DNA of 64,000 nucleotides from Alphaproteobacteria bacterium. Its GTDB lineage: Bacteria; Pseudomonadota; Alphaproteobacteria; UBA2966. The first letter of the stretch is position 1. Every line of letters starts with the position of its first letter. This document shows, piece by piece, positions 53,419-63,426 of this stretch. Both the position numbers and the translations under genes were made by a program. The stretch is taken from assembly GCA_018654745.1 (NCBI GenBank), contig JABILA010000051.1, forward strand, positions 6,751 through 70,750, written 5' to 3'. The notes below the pieces were generated by a model, which searched no databases, was not told where the DNA came from, and saw only the letters and a list, made by a program, of their open reading frames with translations.

Positions 53419-54156
53419 TCAGCTCGCGGCAAGTGAAACATCAGCGGCGGGAGTTTGTCCCAACGCTGTTGGTTCAAGTTTGCCGTCTGCCATGCGGACC
53501 ACCCGGTCACAGCGTGTGGCGACCTGGTCGTCATGCGTAATCAGCATCAGGGTCAGGTCGCGGCGAATACCAAACATCAAATCTATGATCGCAGCCCCGG
53601 TCTCGCTGTCGAGATTGCCGGTTGGCTCGTCTGCCAAAATCAGGTCCGGCTCGCCAACAAAGGCACGGGCCAGAGCCACACGTTGCTGCTCACCGCCGGA
53701 AAGCTGCGTCGGGTAATGGGTCAGACGATCCGACAGGCCAACATCGGCCAGGCTTTCCCGGGCCCGTTCAAAGGCATCCGGATCACCAGCCAGTTCCAGC
53801 GGAACGGCAACATTTTCATGCGCTGTCATGGTCGGAATCAGATGAAAGGATTGAAAGACGATGCCAACATGCTTACGTCGAAACAGGGCCAGCTGGTCTT
53901 CGTTCAACAGGCCGAGGTCTTTACCTGCAACATTGACGTGACCGCTTGATGGACGTTCAAGACCGGCGGTGACCGCCAGCATGGTTGACTTCCCCGAACC
54001 CGATGGCCCGACAACACCCAGCGTTTCGCCGCGCGTTATTTGCAAATCAACACCCCGCAGGATGTTGACGGCACCAGCGCCACTATCCAGGGTAAGATGC
54101 AAGTCCTGCAAGTCCACCAGTGTCTCACCTGAAACCGAAGCCATGTCCATATTCAA
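53419..54156 (-). CDS. ybbA: ABC transporter ATP-binding protein (YbbA-like)
   Basis: Walker A (GPSGSGKST), ABC signature (LSGGEQQR) and Walker B. Confidence 0.88.
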   Translation of the reverse strand: MNMDMASVSGETLVDLQDLHLTLDSGAGAVNILRGVDLQITRGETLGVVGPSGSGKSTMLAVTAGLERPSSGHVNVAGKDLGLLNEDQLALFRRKHVGIVFQSFHLIPTMTAHENVAVPLELAGDPDAFERARESLADVGLSDRLTHYPTQLSGGEQQRVALARAFVGEPDLILADEPTGNLDSETGAAIIDLMFGIRRDLTLMLITHDDQVATRCDRVVRMADGKLEPTALGQTPAADVSLAAS

Positions 54157-54166
54157 AAATTTCCCG

Positions 54167-54865
54167 ATGCCCGTTAACAGTCTGATCCATCATATAGGAA
54201 CGCGCAGGCCACAAGCCAAACTTCCAGGCATTATTTTTACCCTGGTCTTGTTTGCTGTCCTGCTGGCCAGCGCGCCTTCTGCACGCGCCGAGGGTCTGGT
54301 TATCGTCGCTTTTGGCGACAGCATCACAGCCGGATTAGGGGTTAGCGAACAGGAAGCATGGCCAGCCGTTGTGCAAAAGATCCTGGCCGACAAGGGCGTA
54401 GCCATCACCATCGTCAATGCCGGGGTATCAGGCGATACCACTGCCGGCGGCAAGGCGCGACTGGCCTGGTCACTGGACGGGACTTCACCCTCGCCGGGTT
54501 TCGCCATCGTGGCCCTGGGCGGAAACGATGCCCTGCGTGCTCTGACACCGGAGAATTCATACCAGAATCTGGACGCCATAATATTGGCACTGAAGAAGCG
54601 AAATATGCCTGTATTGCTGGCCGGTATGCTGGCCCCACCCAACCTGGGCGACGATTTTGGCAAGGCCTTTCAGGCGATCTATACCCGGCTGGCGTCAAAA
54701 CATAAAATCCTGCTCTATCCGTTTTTGCTGGAAGGCGTTGCCGGGGATGAAAAGTTGAACCAGCATGATGGCATCCATCCGACGCCGGAGGGGCAGAAAA
54801 TTATTGCCAGAAAAATGGTGCCTTATATCGAAGCATTGCTGAGCGGAAAAACAGCCCTTAAATAG
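54167..54865 (+). CDS. tesA: arylesterase / acyl-CoA thioesterase I (SGNH/GDSL hydrolase, TesA-like)
   Basis: Signal peptide then the GDSIT block, with DG and H blocks. Classic divergent tesA-ybbA-ybbP arrangement. The start is ambiguous: 54143 and 54167 are both possible. Confidence 0.8.
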   Translation: MPVNSLIHHIGTRRPQAKLPGIIFTLVLFAVLLASAPSARAEGLVIVAFGDSITAGLGVSEQEAWPAVVQKILADKGVAITIVNAGVSGDTTAGGKARLAWSLDGTSPSPGFAIVALGGNDALRALTPENSYQNLDAIILALKKRNMPVLLAGMLAPPNLGDDFGKAFQAIYTRLASKHKILLYPFLLEGVAGDEKLNQHDGIHPTPEGQKIIARKMVPYIEALLSGKTALK

Positions 54866-54899
54866 AAATCAGGTTTCCGGGTTCAGGGGATAGTCGATC

Positions 54900-55439
54900 A
54901 TGATCCGTTTGTTCGTTGCCATTGATCTGCCTGAGGATGTACGCGAACGGCTGCATCAAATGGGGGGTGGCGTCCCCGGCGCACGGTGGAACAAGGTCGA
55001 AATGCTGCACCTGACGCTGCGCTTTATAGGTGACGTCCCCGAAGATGTTGCCGCCGACATCAGCGCCGAACTGGCACACATCAAGTTCCCTGCCTTTGAC
55101 CTGATACTGGACAGTGTGGGCTGTTTTGGTGAAGGTCGAAAGACACGAATCTTATGGGCAGGCATCCAGCCCTGTCCGGAATTATCGGCCCTGAAAAGCA
55201 AGGTCGACGTCGCCCTGACCCGCGTTGGCGTTCAGGCCGACCGTCATCACAAATTCAGCCCCCACATCACCCTTGCCCGTCTGCGCCACCCCCCGGCCGA
55301 CCGCGTCCTCCAGTGGCTGCAAACCTGCGCCGGATTTTACGCCGGGCCCATCACCGTCGATCACTTCACACTTTATTCCAGCGACCTGCACAATTATCGG
55401 GTGGAGCAGGAGTTCGGGTTGGAAGACTTGACGGATTAA
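54900..55439 (+). CDS. thpR: RNA 2',3'-cyclic phosphodiesterase (2H family, ThpR/LigT)
   Basis: Two HxT/S motifs (HLTLRF, HITLAR). Confidence 0.85.
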   Translation: MIRLFVAIDLPEDVRERLHQMGGGVPGARWNKVEMLHLTLRFIGDVPEDVAADISAELAHIKFPAFDLILDSVGCFGEGRKTRILWAGIQPCPELSALKSKVDVALTRVGVQADRHHKFSPHITLARLRHPPADRVLQWLQTCAGFYAGPITVDHFTLYSSDLHNYRVEQEFGLEDLTD

Positions 55440-56287
55440 ACCCCGAAACCGTGGAGAGTCAGGTTAACCGAGCCGACGTAACTGCCGCCAAAAAGACGGA
55501 CATGGACCAACAAGGGATAGAGATTGTAGAGGTCGCGCCGGACTTCGAAGAAGCCCGGTTCCAGGGGGCGATGTTCCTGATAGCGGGCGAAGAACATGTC
55601 ATCAAATGTGCTGAACAATGTGGAAAAAGCGAGGTCCATTTCAGCGTCCCCGTAGTAAATAGCAGGATCGATAAAGGCCGTGATCTGGTGCTCGAGGGCA
55701 AGGATATTGCCGCCCCAGAGATCGCCATGAAGAAATGATGGTTTGACATTGTCCGGCATGAAGTCCGACAGCCGCGCGGCCAGGGCTTCGATGCGGTCAT
55801 AAATATCGCCGGGCAGCTGTTCTGCCTCGCGTGCCAATCCGGCCATATAAAGCAAACGCTGATCCCGGAAAAATTCCAGCCAGTTATCTGTCTGTGGATT
55901 GGGCTGATGCAAGCCACCGATCAGGGTATCAAATTCAAAACCGAAATTTTCTGCGGTCAGATCATGCAACGCGGCGATCAGGTCAGCGGATTGAAATTCC
56001 GGTGTGTCGCCCTGGGCATTTTGACCTTCAACAAACGACATCAACAACAAATCATCTGCTGCATGAATAACTTCGGGCACGGGCAAGTCCGTCCGCTCGG
56101 TGAGGCAGGTTAACATTCGGCCTTCGATATCGAGACCACTTCCCAGGACGCCCAGTTTGGCAACAATCTTGTGACCATTGCCAAAATCCAGGCGACAGAC
56201 ATCTCCGACACTTCCGCCAGCAAGCCTGTTTTGTGCCGTTGGTCGAAGTCCCGTTATCGCTTCGATGCGGTCAAACAGGGCCGTCAT
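55436..56287 (-). CDS. fructosamine kinase family protein (aminoglycoside phosphotransferase-like)
   Basis: 283-aa ORF with an APH-like fold (HGDLWGGN catalytic loop). Confidence 0.8.
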   Translation of the reverse strand: MTALFDRIEAITGLRPTAQNRLAGGSVGDVCRLDFGNGHKIVAKLGVLGSGLDIEGRMLTCLTERTDLPVPEVIHAADDLLLMSFVEGQNAQGDTPEFQSADLIAALHDLTAENFGFEFDTLIGGLHQPNPQTDNWLEFFRDQRLLYMAGLAREAEQLPGDIYDRIEALAARLSDFMPDNVKPSFLHGDLWGGNILALEHQITAFIDPAIYYGDAEMDLAFSTLFSTFDDMFFARYQEHRPLEPGFFEVRRDLYNLYPLLVHVRLFGGSYVGSVNLTLHGFGV

Positions 56288-56772
56288 GCACCGTTCAACT
56301 TGCCCGAAGATCTTATGTCCGCCAGCAAGCCGCTAGATGCCGCTTCGATCATGTCCAGAACATTTTCAAATCCGTCGCCCTCACCATAATAAGGATCCGG
56401 CACATCAGCCTGGCCCAGCTGTGGCGCAAACTCGAGGAACTTTGCCAGCCTTGCCCGCATGCCCTGCCGATAGAGAGGTCTCAGGAAACGGTCATTTTCA
56501 CTGTCCATGGCCAACACATAATCGGTGGCCTCAAAATCTCCGGCTTTGAACTGGCGGGCGCGCTGCGTGCTGATATCTATGCCGCGCAAGGATGCGGCAG
56601 CAACTGATCGTGGATCAGGTGGATTACCCACATGCCATCCATGGGTGCCAGCCGAGGCCACATCGATCCGGTCGACCAGTTTCTCCCGGGCGATCAATTC
56701 CCGGAACACACCTTCAGCCGTCGGAGAGCGACAGATATTGCCAGTACAGACGAACAACACGCTGATAACCAC
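56284..56772 (-). CDS. low molecular weight protein-tyrosine phosphatase
   Basis: CTGNICRS P-loop. Overlaps the downstream gene by 4 nt. Confidence 0.88.
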   Translation of the reverse strand: MVISVLFVCTGNICRSPTAEGVFRELIAREKLVDRIDVASAGTHGWHVGNPPDPRSVAAASLRGIDISTQRARQFKAGDFEATDYVLAMDSENDRFLRPLYRQGMRARLAKFLEFAPQLGQADVPDPYYGEGDGFENVLDMIEAASSGLLADIRSSGKLNGA

Positions 56773-56961
56773 TTGTCACTCCTGTCCTGTTGAATTCTAA
56801 TATCCGGGCGATTCCTGATTTGAGGCAATCGCAACTGTTTATGTATTTGGCACCAGCCCTGAGCTTAACGCAACGCTGTGACTTTTATAATTGAGAAATC
56901 ACATACCGTTCCGATTTTTCCTGGATGGTGCTCGTGAGACCGCTCAGGGAGAAACGTTTTC

Positions 56962-57672
56962 ATGTCCAGTAAATCCATTAATGCCATCGTCATCCTGACA
57001 GGTGCGGGAATTTCCGCTGAATCCGGCCTCGGCACATTTCGCGACAAGGACGGCATCTGGACAAAGGTTAATCTGGAAGATGTCGCTACGCCGGAAGGAT
57101 TTGCCCGCGATCCGGTGATGGTGCATGAATTCTACAACTCACGCCGCCAGAACCTGCAAAATGCCGAACCAAATGCGGCCCACAAGGCTCTGGCGCGACT
57201 GGAGGCTGAATTCGACGGCGACGTCACCATCGTTACGCAAAATGTCGATGACCTGCACGAAAAAGGTGGCAGCAAGAACATCATCCATATGCATGGTGAG
57301 TTATTGAAAATCCGCTGCGGCAATTGCGGTAGTGTACGGGAATGGCTGCAGGATCTGTCGCAGGACATTCCCTGCCCGGCCTGCAACACCCACGGTTTCC
57401 TGCGGCCCCATGTGGTCTGGTTTGGGGAAATGCCGCTGCTACTTTGTGATATAGAACCGGCCCTTTCGAACTGTGATCTGTTTTTGTCCATTGGCACTTC
57501 CGGCAATGTTTATCCGGCAGCAAGTTATGTCTCGCAAGTCCGTCAACTGGGTCGGGCGCGAAGTGTGGAGCTGAACCTGGAACCATCGGAAGGTGCCACA
57601 TTGTTCGACGAGTGTATTCACGGCCCCGCAACCGAAATTGTCCCGGCATTTGTCGACCAGCTGTTGGCCTGA
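56962..57672 (+). CDS. cobB: NAD-dependent protein deacylase (Sir2 family)
   Basis: GAGISAESG NAD-binding motif and a Zn-ribbon (CxxC...CxxC). Confidence 0.88.
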   Translation: MSSKSINAIVILTGAGISAESGLGTFRDKDGIWTKVNLEDVATPEGFARDPVMVHEFYNSRRQNLQNAEPNAAHKALARLEAEFDGDVTIVTQNVDDLHEKGGSKNIIHMHGELLKIRCGNCGSVREWLQDLSQDIPCPACNTHGFLRPHVVWFGEMPLLLCDIEPALSNCDLFLSIGTSGNVYPAASYVSQVRQLGRARSVELNLEPSEGATLFDECIHGPATEIVPAFVDQLLA

Positions 57673-57752
57673 CAAAAATATCACCTCATGTGAGGCAGAC
57701 TTTGCTTTTCGCCCTTGCAATTCAATTGTCAATTTACGATGTTCAATAGAGT

Positions 57753-60371
57753 ATGGTGCACCTGAGAACACTGGCCGAACCCGGCCCTGTCCTGGCCGTG
57801 CTGGGACCAACCAATACCGGCAAGACCCACTATGCCGTTGAGCGGCTGCTGGGGCATAAAAACGGGATTATTGGCCTGCCGTTGCGCCTGCTTGCCCGCG
57901 AAATCTACGACCGGATCGTCGGCCTGCGCGGCAAAAATGTGGTCGCACTGATTACCGGCGAAGAAAAAATCATCCCGCCCGATCCAAGCTATTTTGTCTG
58001 CACCGTCGAAGCCATGCCGCTGGATCGCAGCTTTGAATTTGTGGCAATTGATGAAATTCAGCTGTGCGCCGATCCGGAACGGGGTCATGTTTTTACGGAC
58101 CGCCTGTTTTATGCCCGCGGGGTTTCTGAAACCCTGTTCCTGGGGGCCGATACCATGCGGCCCTTGTTGCGCCGCCTGATACCGGGTGTTCGGTTTCTGG
58201 ATCGTACGCGCATGTCCTCCCTGCGTTGGTCAGGATCGAAAAAGATTTCCCGCCTGCCTCGTCGTTCCGCCATCGTCGCTTTTTCTGCAGCCGACGTTTA
58301 TGCCACAGCGGAACTGATCCGCAGACAGCGCGGTGGTGCCGCAGTTGTTATGGGTGCGTTAAGTCCCAGAACCCGCAACGCCCAGGTGGAAATGTTCGAA
58401 GCCGGAGAGGTCGATTATCTGGTGGCGACAGATGCCATTGGCATGGGGTTGAACCTGAACGTCGATCACGTGGCCTTCAGCGCCTTGAGCAAGTTCGACG
58501 GACGCCTGATGCGAAATCTGACACCAGCTGAAATTGGCCAGATCGCAGGGCGGGCTGGACGTCATATGAATGATGGCACTTTCGGTGTCACCGCCAATTG
58601 TGCTGAACCTGACCTGGAGGTTATTGAACGTGTTGAAGCGCACGAGTTTCGCCCTCTCAGGCATATCTTCTGGCGCAATAGTCAACTCGACCTGTCGTCC
58701 CCGACCGCCTTGTTGCAATCATTGGAAACCCCGCCACCCGGCCGTATGAGAGATGTTGTGTTGCGCCCCCAGGAAGGGGCCGATATCAGCGTTCTGAAAA
58801 GCCTGCTGGCAACGAGCGAAATCAAGGATATGGCAAAGGGCCACGCGGCAACCGATTTGCTGTGGCAGGTTTGTCAGGTTCCTGATTTTCGCAAAACCAT
58901 GGCCGAAGCCCACGCCCGTTTGCTGGCCCGACTATTTCGCCACCTCGCCGATGATGGTGAATTGCCGCCCGAATGGGTTGCCGGTCACCTTGATCGCCTG
59001 AACAAGATTGATGGCGACATCGACACCCTGGCGACGCGGCTGGCGCATATCCGCACCTGGACCTTTATCTCGCATCGCGCTGACTGGCTGGAAGACGCCG
59101 TCGGCTGGCAAATACGGGCACGAGAAATCGAAGACCGTTTGTCCGATGCCCTGCACCAGCAATTGACCCAGCGCTTCGTCGATCAACGCGCCGCGGCACT
59201 CGCCCGACGCCTGGGCGATACTGACGCCGATTTACTGGGCGGCGTCAGGTCAGATGGTGAGGTTCGCATTGAAGGATTTTGTGTCGGCAAGATTGAAGGT
59301 TTACAATTCCTGCTGGATCTGGATGCGGCCTCCGCCAGCGACAACCGACAGGAAACAGAAAAAACACTGCGGGCAGCTGCACGTCCAATGGTGAGTGGTG
59401 AACTGGCACATCGGGCGCGACAATTGTGTCTGGTCGCCGGTGACCAATCCAACAAAGAGCAACTTCTCGAACTTGCAACAGACGGCCAGATTATCTGGCA
59501 AAATGTTGCAATTGCCCAACTTGCAAAAAGTGAGACGGCACTGTGCCCTGGTGTCAGATTGTTGAGCAATGATCTTGAAGACCAGGACCGTCGCAACGTG
59601 ACGGCGGCGCTTGAGCAATTTGTAAAAATCCGGATTGATCTGATTTTGCAGCCGATTGCGGCGTTGGTGGGAAAGGCAGCGAGTACTAAAAATACCCTGA
59701 GCGGTGCGGCACGAGGTCTGGTGTTTCAGCTGCAGGAGAATTTTGGCAATGTACCGCGCAGCCAGTTGGAAGCCCTGACCCGCGATCTGACGCGTGCTGA
59801 CCGCCAGGCCTTGCGTCGGGCAGGTGTGCGTATCGGTGCCTGGTCGATATTTCTTCCAGCGTTGCAAAAGGCCAAACGAGCCGCCTTGTGCGGTTTGCTA
59901 TGGGCCATTTTCAATCAGCCGGATCGGGTCTTTCCTGCCCTGCCAGCCGGGCGCGTGTCCTTACCTGTGGATACGAATTTGCCACCGGCGTGGTTTGCAG
60001 CAAACGGATACCGCCCCTTTGGCGATTTGTTCGTGCGGGTTGATATTGTCGAACGACTGGCCGATTTGCTGCGCCCCTTTGATAACAAGCCCTTTGAGGT
60101 ATCGGCAGAGATGTTGTCTTTGCCGGGTTGTTCGAAAGAAGCTTTCGAGCCCATCCTGGCAGGGCTTGGCTATGTTGGCGTCGAGGCGACCGCTGATCTG
60201 CCAAAACATTTTCGACGCTCGACCCTGGCGGAGAAAAAACGCCAGACCCGCAAGGAGCAACGTTCCGGACGGGACAATCAAAAAGGAAAACGCCGGGCCG
60301 GGAAACGACCCGAAACAAAAATCAATCCAGACAGTCCGTTTGCTGCCCTGAAAGAAATGATGAATGGCTGA
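57753..60371 (+). CDS. SUV3-like helicase-related protein
   Basis: 872-aa ORF with an N-terminal helicase core (GPTNTGKT Walker A, DEIQ box) and a long C-terminal extension, typical of alphaproteobacterial SUV3 homologues. Confidence 0.8.
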   Translation: MVHLRTLAEPGPVLAVLGPTNTGKTHYAVERLLGHKNGIIGLPLRLLAREIYDRIVGLRGKNVVALITGEEKIIPPDPSYFVCTVEAMPLDRSFEFVAIDEIQLCADPERGHVFTDRLFYARGVSETLFLGADTMRPLLRRLIPGVRFLDRTRMSSLRWSGSKKISRLPRRSAIVAFSAADVYATAELIRRQRGGAAVVMGALSPRTRNAQVEMFEAGEVDYLVATDAIGMGLNLNVDHVAFSALSKFDGRLMRNLTPAEIGQIAGRAGRHMNDGTFGVTANCAEPDLEVIERVEAHEFRPLRHIFWRNSQLDLSSPTALLQSLETPPPGRMRDVVLRPQEGADISVLKSLLATSEIKDMAKGHAATDLLWQVCQVPDFRKTMAEAHARLLARLFRHLADDGELPPEWVAGHLDRLNKIDGDIDTLATRLAHIRTWTFISHRADWLEDAVGWQIRAREIEDRLSDALHQQLTQRFVDQRAAALARRLGDTDADLLGGVRSDGEVRIEGFCVGKIEGLQFLLDLDAASASDNRQETEKTLRAAARPMVSGELAHRARQLCLVAGDQSNKEQLLELATDGQIIWQNVAIAQLAKSETALCPGVRLLSNDLEDQDRRNVTAALEQFVKIRIDLILQPIAALVGKAASTKNTLSGAARGLVFQLQENFGNVPRSQLEALTRDLTRADRQALRRAGVRIGAWSIFLPALQKAKRAALCGLLWAIFNQPDRVFPALPAGRVSLPVDTNLPPAWFAANGYRPFGDLFVRVDIVERLADLLRPFDNKPFEVSAEMLSLPGCSKEAFEPILAGLGYVGVEATADLPKHFRRSTLAEKKRQTRKEQRSGRDNQKGKRRAGKRPETKINPDSPFAALKEMMNG

Positions 60372-60783
60372 GCATATCGACCAGGAGCCCCCCGGAAAAT
60401 TGCGTATAGATCGCTGGCTCTGGTTCGCGCGGTTTTTCAAAACCCGCAGTATCGCCTCCCGCCTCAGTGCCACACGCAAGATCAGGGTAGATGGCAACGT
60501 CATCAGCAAGGCCAGTCAAACTGTGTCGGTCGGCAATGTCCTGACCTTCCCGCAAGGCCGGATCATACGCACGGTTCAAATCCTGACCCTGGGAGACCGC
60601 CGGGGCCCGGCGTCAGAGGCCCAGGAATTGTATGAGGACCTGGCACCACCTGAGCTAAATAAACCGATGTCCGGAAAAAGAGGACCATTGGAGGGCTCGC
60701 CCGCCCGTCGCGAACCCGGTGCAGGCCGCCCGACAAAGGCAGATCGCCGGGCTATGGACAAGTTTCTGGCCGAAAATGACTAA
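60364..60783 (+). CDS. S4 domain RNA-binding protein (Hsp15-like)
   Basis: LRIDRWLWFARFFKTRSIA... S4 motif. Confidence 0.8.
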   Translation: MAEHIDQEPPGKLRIDRWLWFARFFKTRSIASRLSATRKIRVDGNVISKASQTVSVGNVLTFPQGRIIRTVQILTLGDRRGPASEAQELYEDLAPPELNKPMSGKRGPLEGSPARREPGAGRPTKADRRAMDKFLAEND

Positions 60784-60879
60784 AACCCAATATTGTTTGC
60801 CCACCAAACAATATTGGCCTATTGTGCCGATCTTATCCGCGGGAAAGTCCGCTTTAACTGAAAATGGCAACCTCAATCT

Positions 60880-61350
60880 ATGCTGAAACGAATCAAATCC
60901 ATCCTGTCCGGCAATAGCTCGCAACCAGAACCTGGCAAGGTCGAGGACGAGCGACAGATTGCAGCCGCTGCCTTGTTGGTCGAAGCTGCAACCCTGGATG
61001 ACGTTTTTGATGATGACGAACGCCGCACCATTGCTGCCGTTCTGGGCCAGCATTTTGGCATTGATGAGGAAGCCTGTACGGCCTTGATTGAGGCCGCTGA
61101 AGTAGCCCAGAGCGATTCAAATCATTTGCTGCGTTTCACCCGTACCATCAAGGACGGATATTCGCCGGAAGATCGCATCGAAATCATTGAAATGCTGTGG
61201 GAAGTGGCTTATGCCGACGGTGTCCTGCATGATTATGAAGCAAATCTCTTGCGTCGGGTGGGTGGCTTGATTTATGTCTCTGACCAGGACCGCGGCGAGG
61301 CCCGAAAACGGGTATTGACGCGGATGGGCCTTGGAGACAAAGTCACCTGA
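60880..61350 (+). CDS. TerB family tellurite-resistance-like protein
   Basis: TerB-like repeat of acidic helices (DDDERRTIAAVL...EDRIEIIEMLWEVAYADG). Confidence 0.7.
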   Translation: MLKRIKSILSGNSSQPEPGKVEDERQIAAAALLVEAATLDDVFDDDERRTIAAVLGQHFGIDEEACTALIEAAEVAQSDSNHLLRFTRTIKDGYSPEDRIEIIEMLWEVAYADGVLHDYEANLLRRVGGLIYVSDQDRGEARKRVLTRMGLGDKVT

Positions 61351-61423
61351 ACAATTATTACGATACCGCACTGGAATTTTCACGATGCGGGAATATTTGA
61401 AGACAGATTAACTGGAGAACCGA

Positions 61424-61762
61424 ATGACCTACGTCGTTGTTGAAGGCTGCATCAAGTGCAAATACATGGATTGCATCGAAGTTTGTCCCGTAGATTGTTT
61501 CTACGAAGGCGAGAACATGGTGGTTATCCACCCCGACGAATGCATTGATTGCGGCGTCTGCGAGCCTGAATGCCCGCCGGAAGCGATTATTCCCGACACC
61601 GATGGTGACGTCGACAAATGGGTCGAACTGAACCGTGAATACGCTGAAAAGTGGCCAAATATTACACGCAAGGGCGACTCTCCAGCGGATGCCGAGGCCC
61701 ACAAGGGCATGGCAGACAAATTCGACAAGTTCTTCAGCGCCAACCCGGGCAAAGGTGATTAG
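61424..61762 (+). CDS. fdxA: ferredoxin FdxA (7Fe: 3Fe-4S plus 4Fe-4S)
   Basis: [17 protein letters not shown] and [12 protein letters not shown] cluster motifs. Confidence 0.9.
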   Translation: MTYVVVEGCIKCKYMDCIEVCPVDCFYEGENMVVIHPDECIDCGVCEPECPPEAIIPDTDGDVDKWVELNREYAEKWPNITRKGDSPADAEAHKGMADKFDKFFSANPGKGD

Positions 61763-61814
61763 AACCAGATATCAAGGTTCAATCCGGAAATTGGCTTGAA
61801 ACGAATATGATGAC

Positions 61815-61855
61815 ATGCCTTTGCCTTCCCTGAGAAGGCAAAGGCATTGTTGTTT
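61815..61855 (+). terminator. Rho-independent terminator of fdxA
   Basis: The hairpin atgcctttgccttc-cctgag-aaggcaaaggcat is followed by tgttgtttcc. Confidence 0.75.
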
Positions 61856-62121
61856 CCGGACTCTGTCTCTACACCACGAAAAATGCTGGAAAAACAGTCA
61901 TTTTTGTGATATATAGTGCTCCGCGTCCCGGATTTCCGGCAAGTTTGACGTATTTTTTTGTGCACTGCACAAACATTGACGTGTGAATTCTTATTTTCGA
62001 AACATTCAGATCGGATCCCTCAAATATTTCAGTAACGTCATTTCAGACAGAAATATTGTGATCGCAGCCCAGGCATTTCCTGGCTTTCTCAATCGTATCA
62101 ACAAACAAGAGACAAACCGGC

Positions 62122-62760
62122 ATGGCGACGAAACCGAAGACGAAGGCGAAGGCAAAACCGGCAAGCAAATCAGCTGCCAAAGCCAAACCAGCGAAGAAAA
62201 CCACAGCCAAACCAAAAGTGGCGGCCAAAGCGAAGCCGGCACCAAAGGTTAAGCCAAAACCAAAAGCCAAGGCAGCTCCGAAAGCCAAGGCAGTTCCGAA
62301 GACTAAAGCGACCGCAAAGCCGAAATCTGTCGCCAAACCAAAGGCCAAAGCAATAACCAAAGTAAAACCTGCTGCTAAGTTAAAAGCAGCACCAAAGGCG
62401 GCAGCGAAAGCGAAAGCCAAGACACCTTCCAAAAAAGCCGCCCCAAAGGCCAGTGTTGAACCAAAGGCAAAAGCTGCGCCAAAAGCCAAAGCTGCACCAA
62501 AGGTAAAAGCAGCGCCAAAGCCGAAGGCTAAAGCCAAGGCAGCACCGAAGACCCGTGCCAAGGTCGCAACAAAAAAGTCGGCTGCAAAAACCGCCGTCAG
62601 AACACCGACGATGCCGAGCAGGAAGGGAATGATCAAACCCAGTTCAGCAATCCCGAAACCTGCTAACCCGCGTCCGATCAAAAAGCCGGTCCCGATAAAG
62701 CCAGCCATTAACCCTGCGTTAGCGGCAGAAGCGAAGAAGGCCAAGGCTGCCCCGTCCAAA
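62122..62760. repeat. coding tandem repeats (about 27-30-nt units encoding KAKAAPKxK)
   Basis: Repeated aaagccaaggcagc(a/t)ccgaag-like units give open frames on both strands. The minus-strand 238-aa ORF is their mirror image. Confidence 0.7.
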
Positions 62761-63255
62761 CCTGTGAAACTTGAATTTGCACTGGATGATTTTGTGGTTT
62801 ATCCGACGCACGGTGTTGGCAAGATTACCGGTATCGAAGACCAGGAAATCTCTGGCATGACGATGAAATTATTCATTGTTGATTTCGCCCAGGACAAGAT
62901 GACCCTGCGGGTTCCGATCGGCAAGGCAAAGACCTCAGGTATGCGCCGCCTTTCAACGACAAAGGAAATGGACGTCGCGTTGATCACCCTGAAAGGTCGC
63001 GCCCGCGTCAAACGCACCATGTGGAGCCGCCGGGCCCAGGAATATGAAGCCAAGATCAATTCAGGCAACCCGGTTTCCATTGCCGAAGTCCTGCGTGATC
63101 TGCACCGCAACTCAAACCAGCCAGACCAGTCCTACAGCGAGCGTCAAATTTATGAAGCCGCACTGGAACGTCTGGCCCGCGAGCTGGCGGCTGTCGAAAA
63201 AATCGATGAAGACAGTGCAACAGAAAAGCTGGAAGAAGTTCTGACAGCGGCCTGA
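62122..63255 (+). CDS. cdnL: CarD/CdnL family transcriptional regulator with an N-terminal Ala/Lys/Pro-rich (histone H1-like) extension
   Basis: The C-terminal 160 aa are a canonical CdnL (RNAP-interacting Tudor-like domain FVVYPTHGVGKI..., then a helical domain). The preceding ~215 aa are tandem (A)KPKAKAAPK-type repeats in the same frame with no stop. Confidence 0.75.
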   Translation: MATKPKTKAKAKPASKSAAKAKPAKKTTAKPKVAAKAKPAPKVKPKPKAKAAPKAKAVPKTKATAKPKSVAKPKAKAITKVKPAAKLKAAPKAAAKAKAKTPSKKAAPKASVEPKAKAAPKAKAAPKVKAAPKPKAKAKAAPKTRAKVATKKSAAKTAVRTPTMPSRKGMIKPSSAIPKPANPRPIKKPVPIKPAINPALAAEAKKAKAAPSKPVKLEFALDDFVVYPTHGVGKITGIEDQEISGMTMKLFIVDFAQDKMTLRVPIGKAKTSGMRRLSTTKEMDVALITLKGRARVKRTMWSRRAQEYEAKINSGNPVSIAEVLRDLHRNSNQPDQSYSERQIYEAALERLARELAAVEKIDEDSATEKLEEVLTAA

Positions 63256-63426
63256 TCCGACCCCACAAGGCCTGGATAATATCAGAGGCGCGTCCACATT
63301 GAGTGGCGCGCCTCTCGTTATTGCGCCAACCTGTTCGCGTGCAACAGGTCAGTCGACGCTTTCGTACACTTCATGTACATTAGGGCGATTCCAGCACTAT
63401 TTAACTTTAAAACCAAAGTGAAATTA

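Noticed and set aside
62043-62759. 238-aa minus-strand ORF rich in Ala/Phe/Gly
   Set aside because: It is the reverse-complement reading of the KAP tandem repeats in the cdnL N-terminal region. The open frame is an artefact of the repeat.
62122-62760. CRISPR-like regular repeats
   Set aside because: The periodic units are in-frame coding repeats (KAKAAPK) with no spacer/repeat architecture, and there are no cas genes.
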